Positions 1-9,832 of a DNA stretch of 64,000 bases are shown in pieces. The notes beneath the pieces are model-generated. The model worked only from the letters and a program-made list of their open reading frames with translations. It searched no databases and had not been told where the DNA came from. A program made the position numbers and the translations under genes. Location of the stretch: positions 3,168 to 67,167 of the forward strand of contig JBOHTB010000013.1 in the NCBI GenBank assembly GCA_050733435.1, in the 5' to 3' direction. Every line of letters starts with the position of its first letter. The first letter of the stretch is position 1. This DNA comes from Gemmatimonadaceae bacterium. GTDB taxonomy: Bacteria > Gemmatimonadota > Gemmatimonadetes > Gemmatimonadales > Gemmatimonadaceae.

Positions 1-1055
1 ACTGCGAGATACTCGGTAATACGCTCTTTCGCTTCCTTCAGGCCGTAATGACGGCTGTCGAGAAGCTCTTCCACTTTCTTGAGCTCGATCACTTCGTCGC
101 TGCTCGACTTCGTATTCCACGGCAGCGCCAGCATCCAGTCGAGATACGTGCGAATGACCTGATACTCACTCGACGCGGGAGAGAGGTTTCGCATCCGCTC
201 GATCTCGCGGCGTCCTTCCTGAGCCGCTTTCTCGGGGAGATTGGCCTCCTCGAGCTTTTTGAGCGTTTCGATCGACTCCTTCTCGCCGGGGTCGCCTTCG
301 CCGAGCTCGGACTGAATTGCCCGCAGCTGCTGTCTCAGGTAGAACTCGCGCTGGTGCTGCTCGATCTTGATTTCTGTCTGCCGTTTCACGTCTTCGGCGA
401 CGCGCGCTCGCCCAACCTCGCGTTCGACGCGACCCAACAGGAACTTGAGGCGCTGGCCGATGTTGAGTCGCTGAAGTATTTCGTCCTTGTCGGAGACCTT
501 GAAGTTCAGATTCGTCGCGGCCAGATCGGCGAAGCGGCCCGGATCTGAGATGTTCATCTTGAGGATCGCCGGCACTTCGTCAGGAATGCGGTCGATGAGC
601 TCGGCCAACGTTTCCGCACCAGTGACGATCCGAGAGATCAGGTCATCGACTTCGTTGGGATCCGGCGGAATCTCCTTTGCCGGCTTGATGCGCACGATCG
701 GGAATGGATCGGTCTGAACCACTCCTTCGACGACGATCCGGCGAAGACCCTGCAGTGTGATCTGGACCGTTTCACCGGGAAGATTGATGCGCTCGTGAAC
801 GCGCGCAGCGACGCCGACGCGTCCGACGAAACGCTCCGGATCGAGCACGTCGTCATGATCGCCCGTTGCCACGACCAGTCCGACGATTAGTCCTGACTGC
901 TCGTTGGCTCTGAGAAGGGCCAGGTTTTCCGGGGCGCCCATCTGCACAGCGATAGTACCGAGCGGGTAAACGATCGTCGATCGCAGCGCCATGAGCGGCA
1001 GCGTCGTTGGAATTTCGGCTTGAAGGATGTCGTCTCTACGCTGCGTTGCAGCCAT
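1..1055 (-). CDS. lon: ATP-dependent Lon protease, N-terminal part (runs off the window edge)
   Basis: Not in the ORF track. Manual translation from ATG 1055 gives MAATQRRDDILQAEIPTTLPLMALRSTIVYP...QREFYLRQQLRAIQSELG...EYQVIRTYLDWMLALPW...HYGLKEAKERITEYLAV, typical Lon motifs. Confidence 0.93.
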   Translation of the reverse strand, partial: MAATQRRDDILQAEIPTTLPLMALRSTIVYPLGTIAVQMGAPENLALLRANEQSGLIVGLVVATGDHDDVLDPERFVGRVGVAARVHERINLPGETVQITLQGLRRIVVEGVVQTDPFPIVRIKPAKEIPPDPNEVDDLISRIVTGAETLAELIDRIPDEVPAILKMNISDPGRFADLAATNLNFKVSDKDEILQRLNIGQRLKFLLGRVEREVGRARVAEDVKRQTEIKIEQHQREFYLRQQLRAIQSELGEGDPGEKESIETLKKLEEANLPEKAAQEGRREIERMRNLSPASSEYQVIRTYLDWMLALPWNTKSSSDEVIELKKVEELLDSRHYGLKEAKERITEYLA

Positions 1056-1123
1056 GCAATCTCTCTCGAACCAGGTTGTGCGTGAGTTGTTTCAGAAGTT
1101 AACGGCGCCTAAGTTTAAAGGCT

Positions 1124-2452
1124 ATGTTCGAAGACCTTAGCGAGAAGCTCGAAGCAACATTTGCCCGCCTCCGCGGCCGCGGCGTCCTCAGCGAATCCGA
1201 TATTAAAGAGGGTCTCCGCGAGGTTCGACGGGTTCTGCTCGAGGCCGACGTCAACTTTCAATTGACGCGTGAGTTTCTCGAACGTGTCGAGCAAAAAGCG
1301 AAAGGCATCAACGCGCTGAGTACGGTCTCGCCCGGTCAGCAGCTCGTCAAGGTCGTCCATGAGGAGCTGATCGAGATGCTCGGCGAGCGCCGGGAAGGAC
1401 TAAAGCTGAGCACGGTACCGCCGTCGGTGGTGATGATGGTGGGACTTCAGGGATCGGGCAAAACCACCACTGCGGCGAAGCTCGCCCGCAAGCTCAAAGC
1501 GGAAGGAAGGACGACGCGACTGATAGCAGCGGACGTCTACCGGCCGGCAGCTATTGATCAGCTCGAGACATTGGGCCGTGAGCTCGACATCCCGGTTTAC
1601 TCCGACCGCACCACCAACGACGTCGTCAAGATTGCGCGTGCCGGCGTGGCGGAGGCTCTTAAGGAGCGCGATCGCGTCGTCATCATCGACACAGCGGGCC
1701 GTCTCCAGATCGACGACGCGATGATGAACGAGCTCTCGCGCCTCAAGGAGGCGCTGCATCCGTCGGAGATCCTGCTGGTCGCAGACGGCATGACAGGTCA
1801 GGACGCCGTGAAGATCGCGCAGGGATTCGACAGCGCGCTCGACGTGACAGGTGTGGTGCTCACCAAGATGGACGGCGATGCGCGAGGCGGCGCGGCACTT
1901 TCCATCTACGGAGTGACACACAAGCCCATCAAATACATCGGCGTCGGTGAAAAATCGGATGCGCTGGAGGAATTCCATCCTGACCGAATGGCCGGTCGCA
2001 TCCTTCAGATGGGCGACATCGTCACGCTGGTGGAGAAAGCGCAAGCGTCGTTCGATGAAGCGGAAGCGAAACGGCTCGAGAAGAAAGTCCGCAAAGAGGG
2101 CATGGATCTGAACGATTTCCTCAACAGCATGCGCCAGATCCAGAAAATGGGACCGCTCGAGGGGCTGCTAAAGATGCTGCCGGGCGTCAACACCAAGGCG
2201 CTCAAGCAAATGAAGGCCGATCCCAAGCGCATGAAGCACGTGGAGGCGATCGTGTTGTCGATGACACCGGCCGAGCGCAAGAATCCGGGAATCATCAATG
2301 GTTCGCGTCGACTGCGTATCGCAAAGGGAAGCGGACGGCCGATAAGCGACGTGAATCGTCTCCTCGATCAGTTCCGCGAGATGCAGAAAATGATGAAGAA
2401 GATGGCCGGCGGCGGACGGATGCCTGCTCTGCCCGGGATGTTCGGACGCTAG
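1124..2452 (+). CDS. ffh: Signal recognition particle protein Ffh
   Basis: GLQGSGKTT, DTAGR, TKMDGDARGG and a Met-rich M domain. Confidence 0.98.
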   Translation: MFEDLSEKLEATFARLRGRGVLSESDIKEGLREVRRVLLEADVNFQLTREFLERVEQKAKGINALSTVSPGQQLVKVVHEELIEMLGERREGLKLSTVPPSVVMMVGLQGSGKTTTAAKLARKLKAEGRTTRLIAADVYRPAAIDQLETLGRELDIPVYSDRTTNDVVKIARAGVAEALKERDRVVIIDTAGRLQIDDAMMNELSRLKEALHPSEILLVADGMTGQDAVKIAQGFDSALDVTGVVLTKMDGDARGGAALSIYGVTHKPIKYIGVGEKSDALEEFHPDRMAGRILQMGDIVTLVEKAQASFDEAEAKRLEKKVRKEGMDLNDFLNSMRQIQKMGPLEGLLKMLPGVNTKALKQMKADPKRMKHVEAIVLSMTPAERKNPGIINGSRRLRIAKGSGRPISDVNRLLDQFREMQKMMKKMAGGGRMPALPGMFGR

Positions 2453-2716
2453 CTGTTTGCCCGAGATTGAGAGGCTAGCGCTTCCGCTTTTTTGCGCTAG
2501 TCGGTTTTCGTCGCCGGCCCGATGAGTCCCGCCCGTAGAGCTCGCGCAAGTCTTGTTTCGCTCTCGTCAGAACGCGCTTCTGGCTCGCGCTCAAATCCCT
2601 TCCCGCGCGATTCATGTAAAACGTCAGCATCGACATCGCCGAGCGGTAAGGCTCGCTCTTCCGGCGATGGCTTCGCTCGGCGGTCCTTAGCGGTTATATT
2701 GCGAGACCACAAAATC

Positions 2717-2795
2717 GGGTGCGCGCCGGAACCGCCGGTGATGCGAGGAGCCCGTCACGGGACGCTCAGCGTCTCGACTCACCCCCTTAAGGGAG
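2717..2795 (+). promoter_or_regulatory. Candidate structured 5' leader of rpsP
   Basis: Nested stems GGGTG/CACCC, GCCGG/CCGGT and CGAG/CTCG enclose two TCA-loop hairpins; TATATT (-10-like) at 2695-2700. Confidence 0.4.
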
Positions 2796-2805
2796 CAGCA
2801 CTGAA

Positions 2806-3135
2806 ATGGTAAAGATTCGTCTCCGCCGGGTTGGGCGGAAAAATGCACCGTTCTATCGAATTCTCATTGCCGATTCGCAGAGCCCGCGCGATGGGAAATT
2901 CATCGAGATCATCGGACAGTACGCTCCCCGGAAGAGTGAGGGCTCGCTGCAAGTGGACGAGGAGCGCGCCAATTACTGGCTTGGCGTCGGCGCACAGCCA
3001 ACCGACACAGTGAGATCGCTCCTTCGGCGCGCCGGAATCCTTAAGCGGCGTCACGAAGCCAGGCTCGGTATTGAGCGCAAGTCGACTGCGATTCCGCTCA
3101 GCGAAAAGACGGACGAAACCGTCGCCAGCGCCTAG
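2806..3135 (+). CDS. rpsP: 30S ribosomal protein S16
   Basis: [19 protein letters not shown]...PRDGKFIE...GAQPTDTV. Confidence 0.98.
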   Translation: MVKIRLRRVGRKNAPFYRILIADSQSPRDGKFIEIIGQYAPRKSEGSLQVDEERANYWLGVGAQPTDTVRSLLRRAGILKRRHEARLGIERKSTAIPLSEKTDETVASA

Positions 3136-3151
3136 AGCGCAGCAAGACCAC

Positions 3152-3706
3152 ATGTCCGCGCCCGAATACGCGATTGTCGGGCTGATCCGAAAAGCACAGG
3201 GAATTCGAGGAGAGGTGGTCGTCGAGCCTTTCACCGACAAGCCGGACGTGGTCTTCGCGTCCGGCAGTCGCGTTTTTGGCGGAACGTCGAACGGCGATCT
3301 GGCCGTCGCCCACGATGTGAAGGGCGCCCAGGAAATCCCCACGCTCACCATCGCTGAATCGAAACCGTTCAAGAAAGGTCTGATAGTTCGGTTCGAGGAG
3401 CTCCAGGATCGCGACAGCGCGGAACTATGGCGCGGCAGGTACCTGCTCGCCCCATTCAGCGAGCTTCCCCCGCTCCAGGCAGATGAAGTCTATCTCCACG
3501 ACCTCGTCGGGATGACTGTGGTTGCCACGACCGGAGAGCGGATCGGGACCGTCTCCACATTCTACGAGCTTCCGCAAGGTGTAATGCTCGAGGTGAAGAT
3601 GGGCCGCGGAAGCGTCGTCGTACCATACCGCAAGGAATTTGTATTCAGCGCGGACACTCAAGCCCGAACGCTGGTCGTCAACGAGGCGTCCGGTCTCTTT
3701 GAATAA
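3152..3706 (+). CDS. rimM: 16S rRNA processing protein RimM
   Basis: VGLIRKAQGIRGEV and EVYLHDLVG motifs; lies between rpsP and trmD; ATG 3152 chosen. Confidence 0.93.
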   Translation: MSAPEYAIVGLIRKAQGIRGEVVVEPFTDKPDVVFASGSRVFGGTSNGDLAVAHDVKGAQEIPTLTIAESKPFKKGLIVRFEELQDRDSAELWRGRYLLAPFSELPPLQADEVYLHDLVGMTVVATTGERIGTVSTFYELPQGVMLEVKMGRGSVVVPYRKEFVFSADTQARTLVVNEASGLFE

Positions 3707-4375
3707 ATGACGCTGCGAATAAACATCGTCACGATCTTCCCTGAATTCTTCGCGGGCCCGCTCGGCTTGAGCATCCCATCTCGTGCTGCTTCGGCGGGCA
3801 GCGTCAGCTACAACGTGATCGATCTGCGGGATTTCACACACGACAAGCATCGCACCGTCGACGATTATCCGTACGGAGGCGGTGCGGGGATGGTGATGAA
3901 GCCGGGACCATTTTTCGAGGCGGTCGAATCGCTTGGGGCCAAACCGCCCATCGTGCTGCTTTCGCCTCGAGGCCCAATCTTTTCTCACGCCGATGCCGAG
4001 CGCTTTGCGGGCGGCCAGGAGCTGACCCTGCTTTGCGGTCATTACAAGGACATCGATCAAAGAGTGGCGGATCACCTCGCCACCGAAGAGATGTCGCTCG
4101 GAGATTTTGTGCTGAGCGGAGGGGAGGCGGCGGCGCTCGCGATAATCGATGCGACGGTGAGGCTGCTGCCTGGTGCGATGTCGGATCTCGATAGTGCGCG
4201 AAGCGATTCGTTTTACGGGCGTGGCCTGAGTGCACCGAGTTACACGCGACCGCCAGAATTTCGTGGGCACGAAGTGCCGGAAGTGCTATTGTCGGGTGAC
4301 CACGCGCGGATAGCGAAGTGGCGTGAGGAAGAGGGCGCTCGGCTGACCCTTCAGCGAAAGTCCGCCAAGGATTGA
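3707..4375 (+). CDS. trmD: tRNA (guanine-N1)-methyltransferase
   Basis: VDDYPYGGGAGMVM, SLGDFVLSGGE, YTRP, VPEVLLSGDH. Confidence 0.98.
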   Translation: MTLRINIVTIFPEFFAGPLGLSIPSRAASAGSVSYNVIDLRDFTHDKHRTVDDYPYGGGAGMVMKPGPFFEAVESLGAKPPIVLLSPRGPIFSHADAERFAGGQELTLLCGHYKDIDQRVADHLATEEMSLGDFVLSGGEAAALAIIDATVRLLPGAMSDLDSARSDSFYGRGLSAPSYTRPPEFRGHEVPEVLLSGDHARIAKWREEEGARLTLQRKSAKD

Positions 4376-4503
4376 CGGCAGCGCAGGCGATGCGAGCTCT
4401 GCGCGGCTGGCGTTGAGGGCGGTAAAGGTTTACTTTTCGAGGCTTCCCCAGACCCCCCTAAACACGTCTTTACCAGGCTGTTAACTCCAGCCCCGAGCGT
4501 CAT

Positions 4504-4899
4504 ATGCATCCCTTCATCGAAACCCAGAAAGAGTGGCTCCGAGACAACATTCCTCCGTTCAGAGCGGGCGACACCCTGCGTGTGAACGTGCGCGTTCGAG
4601 AGGGCGACAAGGAAAGAGTCCAGGCCTTCGAGGGTGTCTGCATAGCGAAGCGCGGCAGCGGCGTCAGTGCCACGTTCACGGTTCGGAAAATCTCGAACGG
4701 CGTCGGTGTCGAGCGAATCTTCCCGCTTCACAGCCCGATGATCTCAGAGATCCTCGTGATGCGTCGCGGACGCGTGCGCCGCGCGAAGCTGTATTACCTC
4801 CGCCAGCTCACCGGCAAGGCGACCAGAATCAGAGAGCGCAAGGCGAAGGTACTGGTGCCTGGAAGCGACGCGCCGGCAGAGGCCGGAGCAGAAGCGTAG
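4504..4899 (+). CDS. rplS: 50S ribosomal protein L19
   Basis: FRAGDT...[11 protein letters not shown]...GVGVERIFP...[10 protein letters not shown]. Confidence 0.98.
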   Translation: MHPFIETQKEWLRDNIPPFRAGDTLRVNVRVREGDKERVQAFEGVCIAKRGSGVSATFTVRKISNGVGVERIFPLHSPMISEILVMRRGRVRRAKLYYLRQLTGKATRIRERKAKVLVPGSDAPAEAGAEA

Positions 4900-4920
4900 A
4901 CAAGCCGCTGGCGCCGCGAA

Positions 4921-5688
4921 GTGCGACGGCGTAAGCGCTGGACCACCATCGAGCGTGACCTTCGCGCGGTAAAAGGTCCGCTGCTCGCAGGAGTCGACGA
5001 AGTAGGTCGCGGTCCCATCGCTGGACCAGTCGTCGCGTGCGCCGTGATCATGCCGCCTGAAGTGCGGGCGATCTCCGGAGTCGACGATTCCAAGCGGCTC
5101 ACGCACCTGCAGCGTGTAAGGCTCGCCGGGAAAATCAGACAACGCGCAGTAGCCTTCGCCCTCGGTGCAGCGTCGGTGCGCGAGATAGAGCGCATCAACA
5201 TCTATCAGGCGAGCGCACTGGCCATGCAAAGAGCGTTGCGCCGACTGACGGTAACGCCCGATCACGTCGTCATAGATGGAAGGTCCATGCGGACGTTGCC
5301 GATCCCGCATACAGCGGTTGTTCACGGTGACGCCCGGTGTTTTAGCATCGCCTGTGCATCCATCCTCGCCAAGGTTACTCGCGATCTCCTCATGACACGG
5401 CTAGCCCAGCGATATCCGCACTATATTTGGGAACACAACGCCGGCTACACGACTCGCGACCACGTCGCCGGACTCGCTGCACACGGGATTACGCCGCACC
5501 ACCGCAAGAGCTTTTGCAGAATCAGCGATCTGCTGCTCGAGATTCAGCAACAGACGGAGCTCGAAGACATTGAGCAGCGTGCGCTCGACGATGTCGGACT
5601 GCCGGATGAAGAGGATCTGGACGACGAACTGATGGTGGGTGACGTCGAGAACGACAATGCTCAAGCGGAGTTTGAAAACCGGCTCTGA
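4921..5688 (+). CDS. rnhB: Ribonuclease HII with an acidic C-terminal extension
   Basis: [32 protein letters not shown]. Confidence 0.95.
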   Translation: MRRRKRWTTIERDLRAVKGPLLAGVDEVGRGPIAGPVVACAVIMPPEVRAISGVDDSKRLTHLQRVRLAGKIRQRAVAFALGAASVREIERINIYQASALAMQRALRRLTVTPDHVVIDGRSMRTLPIPHTAVVHGDARCFSIACASILAKVTRDLLMTRLAQRYPHYIWEHNAGYTTRDHVAGLAAHGITPHHRKSFCRISDLLLEIQQQTELEDIEQRALDDVGLPDEEDLDDELMVGDVENDNAQAEFENRL

Positions 5689-5725
5689 GCGGCATAGGCA
5701 AGAAAGCCGAACACGGGGAACCGAA

Positions 5726-6226
5726 TTGGCGGAAGCGCTTGTTGGTCTGATAATGGGTTCAAAGTCAGACTGGGACACGATGCAGCATGCAGCCCAGATA
5801 CTCGAGGCGCTCGGGGTGCCGCACGAGACAAGGGTGGTTTCGGCGCACCGCACCCCGGATCTCCTGTTCGAGTATGCGGAATCCGCCGAGGCTCGCGGAA
5901 TCAAAGTGATAATCGCGGGCGCTGGTGGGGCGGCTCATCTCCCCGGCATGGCTGCCGCTAAGACATCGCTTCCGGTGCTCGGCGTGCCCGTCGAATCGAA
6001 GGCGCTTCAGGGCATCGACTCGCTGCTATCGATCGTGCAGATGCCTGCCGGGGTTCCGGTCGGCACTTTGGCGATTGGCAAACCAGGCGCGATAAACGCC
6101 GCGCTGCTCGCCGCTTCGATAGTCGCTCTGGACAATGCCGGCGTCCGCGAGAGACTGCACGCGTTTCGCTCGGAGCAAACGAACGCGGTCCTGGCGCAAC
6201 CAGATCCGGCGGCCGCCAAAGAGTGA
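5726..6226 (+). CDS. purE: N5-CAIR mutase
   Basis: [42 protein letters not shown] start at 5726 is inferred. Confidence 0.95.
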   Translation: MAEALVGLIMGSKSDWDTMQHAAQILEALGVPHETRVVSAHRTPDLLFEYAESAEARGIKVIIAGAGGAAHLPGMAAAKTSLPVLGVPVESKALQGIDSLLSIVQMPAGVPVGTLAIGKPGAINAALLAASIVALDNAGVRERLHAFRSEQTNAVLAQPDPAAAKE

Positions 6227-7329
6227 AAGTCGGTGTTCTCGGTGGCGGGCAGCTCGGTCGGATGCTTGCTCTCGCCGGCTATCAACTGGGGCTCGAGTTC
6301 CGGTTCTTCGACCCCAATTCGGGCGCACCTGTCGGGCAGATTGGCGAGCTGGTGGCGGCGCCTTATGACGACCACGCGGCACTGGAGCGTTTTCTCGCCG
6401 GCCTCGACATAGTTACCTACGAATTCGAGAGCATTCCACTCGCAGCGGTGGAGTTCGTGGAAAAGCGGGTGAAGGTTTACCCTCCCAGAAAAGCGCTGGA
6501 GATCGCGCAGGACCGGCTGCTGGAGAAACGACTTTTCGAAGAGCTGGGAATTCCTACACCGGCATTCGCACCGGTCGAAACTCTTTCGGACCTCACCAAC
6601 GCCGTTTCCCGAATCGGATGCCCGGTCGTGCTCAAGACGCGCAGAATGGGCTACGACGGCAAGGGACAGTCGGTGATCAGGGATGTTTCGTCCATCGACG
6701 CAGCGTGGAAGAACTTGGGCGGCGTTCCACTCATCGTCGAACAGTACGTTCCCTTTCAGTACGAAATCTCCGTGATCGGAGTGAGCGACGCGCACGCTCG
6801 GAAGTCGTTCTATCCCCCCGTTCAAAACGTTCACCGGGACGGAATCCTCAGGAAGTCGACGGTCCCCGCGAGCCGCGTTAAGCCCGAGACCGCCGCTCTC
6901 GCCATCGACTACTGCAGCCGAGTGATGACGGGGCTCGAATACGTCGGCGTCCTCGCGCTGGAGATGTTCGTCGTCGACGGCACTATCGTCGCCAACGAAA
7001 TCGCCCCGCGGGTACATAACTCTGGGCACTGGACCATCGAGGGAGCTGAGACGAGTCAGTTCGAGAACCACCTTCGCTCGGGCCTGGGGCTTCCTCTTGG
7101 AGTGACCGCGCTCCGCGGCGTTTGCGGGATGCTCAACATCATCGGACACATTCCGGTGCGACGAGACGTACTTGCGGTAGAAGGGGCGCATCTGCACCTC
7201 TACGGGAAATCGCCGACCGAGAAGCGGAAAGTGGGACACGTTACGCTGGTTGCACGATCGGACGCGGAACTGGGCCCTCGCCTCAGCGAAGTTGAGGGGA
7301 TTCTGGCCAAGGCCGAAGCCCCGACCTGA
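6223..7329 (+). CDS. purK: N5-CAIR synthetase
   Basis: [35 protein letters not shown] overlap with purE. Confidence 0.97.
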   Translation: MKVGVLGGGQLGRMLALAGYQLGLEFRFFDPNSGAPVGQIGELVAAPYDDHAALERFLAGLDIVTYEFESIPLAAVEFVEKRVKVYPPRKALEIAQDRLLEKRLFEELGIPTPAFAPVETLSDLTNAVSRIGCPVVLKTRRMGYDGKGQSVIRDVSSIDAAWKNLGGVPLIVEQYVPFQYEISVIGVSDAHARKSFYPPVQNVHRDGILRKSTVPASRVKPETAALAIDYCSRVMTGLEYVGVLALEMFVVDGTIVANEIAPRVHNSGHWTIEGAETSQFENHLRSGLGLPLGVTALRGVCGMLNIIGHIPVRRDVLAVEGAHLHLYGKSPTEKRKVGHVTLVARSDAELGPRLSEVEGILAKAEAPT

Positions 7330-7459
7330 AGCAGTCTCAAACCGTTAGCGGGACAGGACTGTCATATTTGCAGCCACGACGAACAGCCACACCCACCGAT
7401 TCAAACCTTTGAGTCGCTCAAGCTATCCAATCTTGCAACAAAGTCCGGACAACGAACAC

Positions 7460-8017
7460 ATGGCGGCGGCATCCAGCACCGTTCTCGTACCGATGGGTGA
7501 TTCAGCGGACGTAGCCCTGGCTGCGGCCGGGGACCGGCAGGCATTTGAACGGCTATACCGTACGCACGCCAACAGGGTCTATTCGCTCTGTACTCGGATG
7601 AGTGGAAGCAGGACGAAGGGCGAGGAGCTGACCCAGGACGTTTTTGTGAGGACATGGGAAAAGCTGCCGCAGTTCAGGGGGGAAAGCGCTTTTTCGACCT
7701 GGCTGCACCGTCTGGCGGTGAACGTGGTTCTGAACGCGAGAAAGTCGGAAGGGAAGAGGGAATCGCGGACCGACGATAGCGACATAGGTGACGACCGGTG
7801 GGACGAAGTTGCGCGGGCGCCGATGCATATCGAGAGGATGGATCTGGCGGAGGCGATCGCAAAGCTGCCAGCTGGAGCGCGGAGAGTTTTTGTGCTCCAC
7901 GATATAGAGGGCTACAAACACGAGGAGATCGCCGAGATGTGCGGGATCACCTCCGGCGGAAGTAAGGCGCAGCTGCATCGCGCGAGACTTCTTTTGAGAG
8001 AGGCACTGGAACGATGA
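7460..8017 (+). CDS. ECF RNA polymerase sigma factor
   Basis: AFERLY, EELTQDVF, FSTWLHRLAVN (region 2); EGYKHEEIA...SKAQLHRAR (region 4). Confidence 0.93.
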   Translation: MAAASSTVLVPMGDSADVALAAAGDRQAFERLYRTHANRVYSLCTRMSGSRTKGEELTQDVFVRTWEKLPQFRGESAFSTWLHRLAVNVVLNARKSEGKRESRTDDSDIGDDRWDEVARAPMHIERMDLAEAIAKLPAGARRVFVLHDIEGYKHEEIAEMCGITSGGSKAQLHRARLLLREALER

Positions 8018-8856
8018 ATGACTCCAACATGACCTGCAAGGCATTTGACGCCGACCTTGCCGATTACCTCGAGGCAACTCTCGATGGTAGCGCCACCGAG
8101 CGGGCAGAGAGGCATCTGCGAGAGTGTGTCCGGTGCACCAGCCTGGTGAGAGATCTGGAGAAGATTCAGAAAGAGGCTGGCGCTCTTCCAGATCTCGTAC
8201 CCGCTCGCGATTTGTGGGCAGGGATAGAAGCGCGTATCGCAGCGCCGGTGATTCCGCTCGTTGCACCCCCCCAGAAGCAGAGGCGATTCGCGCCAGCCTG
8301 GATGAGCGCTGCGGCTGTTGCTCTCATGATGAGCACCGCGGGCGTTACATACGTCCTTACTGCTCGCTCGTTGAGCTCGCGGCCCGCCGTGATAATGCTC
8401 AAGGGCGTTGACGTTCCAGCGCCGTCTCAGTCCGGTGGATCGACGTCGGTCGAAAACACGGGCACGGGAGCGACAGCCAGCGTTCCAGTAGAGAGCGCGA
8501 ACGCTTCAGCGGGTCTCGACGTGGCTCAGAATCCGGTCAACAGCGGGAGATCTTCCGTCCCCTCGACATTGGTGAGTCGTGATCCGGCATCGACTGGCTT
8601 GCGCCCTGATGCCGCGTACGGCAAGGAAATCGAGATGCTTCAGGTCATCGTTCGGGAGAGAAAGGCCCAGCTCGATCCAGGAACAGTCGCAGTCATCGCA
8701 AAAAACCTTCAGATAATCGACAGAGCCATTGAGCAGAGCCGCGCTGCGCTTGCCAAGGACCCGGCGAGCATTCTTCTGAGCCAGCAACTGTCTCATGCGC
8801 TCGACAAGAAAGTCGACCTTCTACGCACGGCAGCCATGCTGCCGGCAAGCACATAA
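8014..8856 (+). CDS. Zinc-binding (zf-HC2/ZAS) membrane anti-sigma factor
   Basis: HLRECVRC (HxxxCxxC), one TM helix, ATGA overlap with the sigma gene. Confidence 0.85.
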   Translation: MNDSNMTCKAFDADLADYLEATLDGSATERAERHLRECVRCTSLVRDLEKIQKEAGALPDLVPARDLWAGIEARIAAPVIPLVAPPQKQRRFAPAWMSAAAVALMMSTAGVTYVLTARSLSSRPAVIMLKGVDVPAPSQSGGSTSVENTGTGATASVPVESANASAGLDVAQNPVNSGRSSVPSTLVSRDPASTGLRPDAAYGKEIEMLQVIVRERKAQLDPGTVAVIAKNLQIIDRAIEQSRAALAKDPASILLSQQLSHALDKKVDLLRTAAMLPAST

Positions 8857-8857
8857 A

Positions 8858-9832
8858 ATGGAAAACCACTTGAAGCTCGCGCGCGTTGCGCTTGCAACGA
8901 CCGCAGTAATCATTTTTCCACTCGCCGCGAAGGCGCAAGACTACAATCTGCGCACCAGGATCGATACGACGGTCGCACTCGACCGCGGCGGCACTGTAGA
9001 TCTTTCCCTGATATCGGGGAAGATTCGCGTCACGGGATGGGACAGACCCGACGTGAAGATCACCGCATCGATTGAGTACGGTGATCTCCGCTTCGACGCA
9101 AATGCATCGAGAGTGAGCCTGAGCGTCGAAGACACAGATCGATCAGGCAAGCGTAAGCATAAGAACGGCAATCGAGGCGAAGACGAGGGCGACGTCGGCG
9201 ATGCTCGCTACGAAGTATCGGTGCCACGCGGAGCGAGGCTGATTCTCGAAGCGGTGTCCGGCGACATAAGTGCGACCGGCTCGCAGGGAGAGATCGAGGC
9301 GAACTCCGTGAGCGGTGATGTCGAGGTCGCGAACGGCGTTCGGGAAGTGAGTGTGGAAGCCGTCTCCGGTTCAGTTCACGCCTCGCAGATAAATGGAAAC
9401 CTGCGGGCTGAGACAGTGAGCGGAGATCTGCGAGTTGAATCCGTGACAGGTGACATAGAAGGCAGCTCGGTCAGCGGCAACGTGAGAATCGTTGGTGCGC
9501 GGTCAAAAGAAGTACGCACCGAAACCGTCAGCGGCGACATCACGTATACAGGCACTATCGAGTCGGGCGGCAAGTACAGCTACGAATCGCACTCTGGAAC
9601 CATCCGGCTCAACATACCGCGCAGCAGCGGCGCTCAGTTCAGCGTCGACACTTTCAGCGGTGATCTAAGCGCGGACTTTCCAATTCAGGTGCGGGCTGGC
9701 GGCAGCAGGAAGGAGGGCCACATGGAATTCACGCTTGGCGATGGCGGCGCACGCGTCACGCTCGAGACTTTCAGTGGTCGCGTTGTGATCGATACCGGTT
9801 CGGACCCAAACACCCGGAGAGAGGATGAATAA
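8858..9832 (+). CDS. Secreted DUF4097-type beta-strand repeat protein
   Basis: Signal peptide; repeated (E/S)xVSGD(I/V) units. Confidence 0.8.
   Translation: MENHLKLARVALATTAVIIFPLAAKAQDYNLRTRIDTTVALDRGGTVDLSLISGKIRVTGWDRPDVKITASIEYGDLRFDANASRVSLSVEDTDRSGKRKHKNGNRGEDEGDVGDARYEVSVPRGARLILEAVSGDISATGSQGEIEANSVSGDVEVANGVREVSVEAVSGSVHASQINGNLRAETVSGDLRVESVTGDIEGSSVSGNVRIVGARSKEVRTETVSGDITYTGTIESGGKYSYESHSGTIRLNIPRSSGAQFSVDTFSGDLSADFPIQVRAGGSRKEGHMEFTLGDGGARVTLETFSGRVVIDTGSDPNTRREDE

Noticed and set aside
48..548. 166-aa + strand ORF
   Set aside because: Antisense shadow of lon, which has clear motifs on the - strand.
2453..2805. SRP RNA (ffs) or khpA next to ffh/rpsP
   Set aside because: No SRP domain IV motif (CAGG...GGAA...AGCAG) and no KH-domain ORF is visible.
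4376..4503. Structured rplS leader (GGTAAAG/CTTTACC, GGCTG/CAGCC)
   Set aside because: Two short stems are too weak to support a call without comparative data.
6007..7239. Long antisense ORFs (410 aa here; also 13086-14213, 15905-16960, 28971-30368)
   Set aside because: They lie opposite well-supported genes and carry no motifs; such shadows are common in GC-rich DNA.
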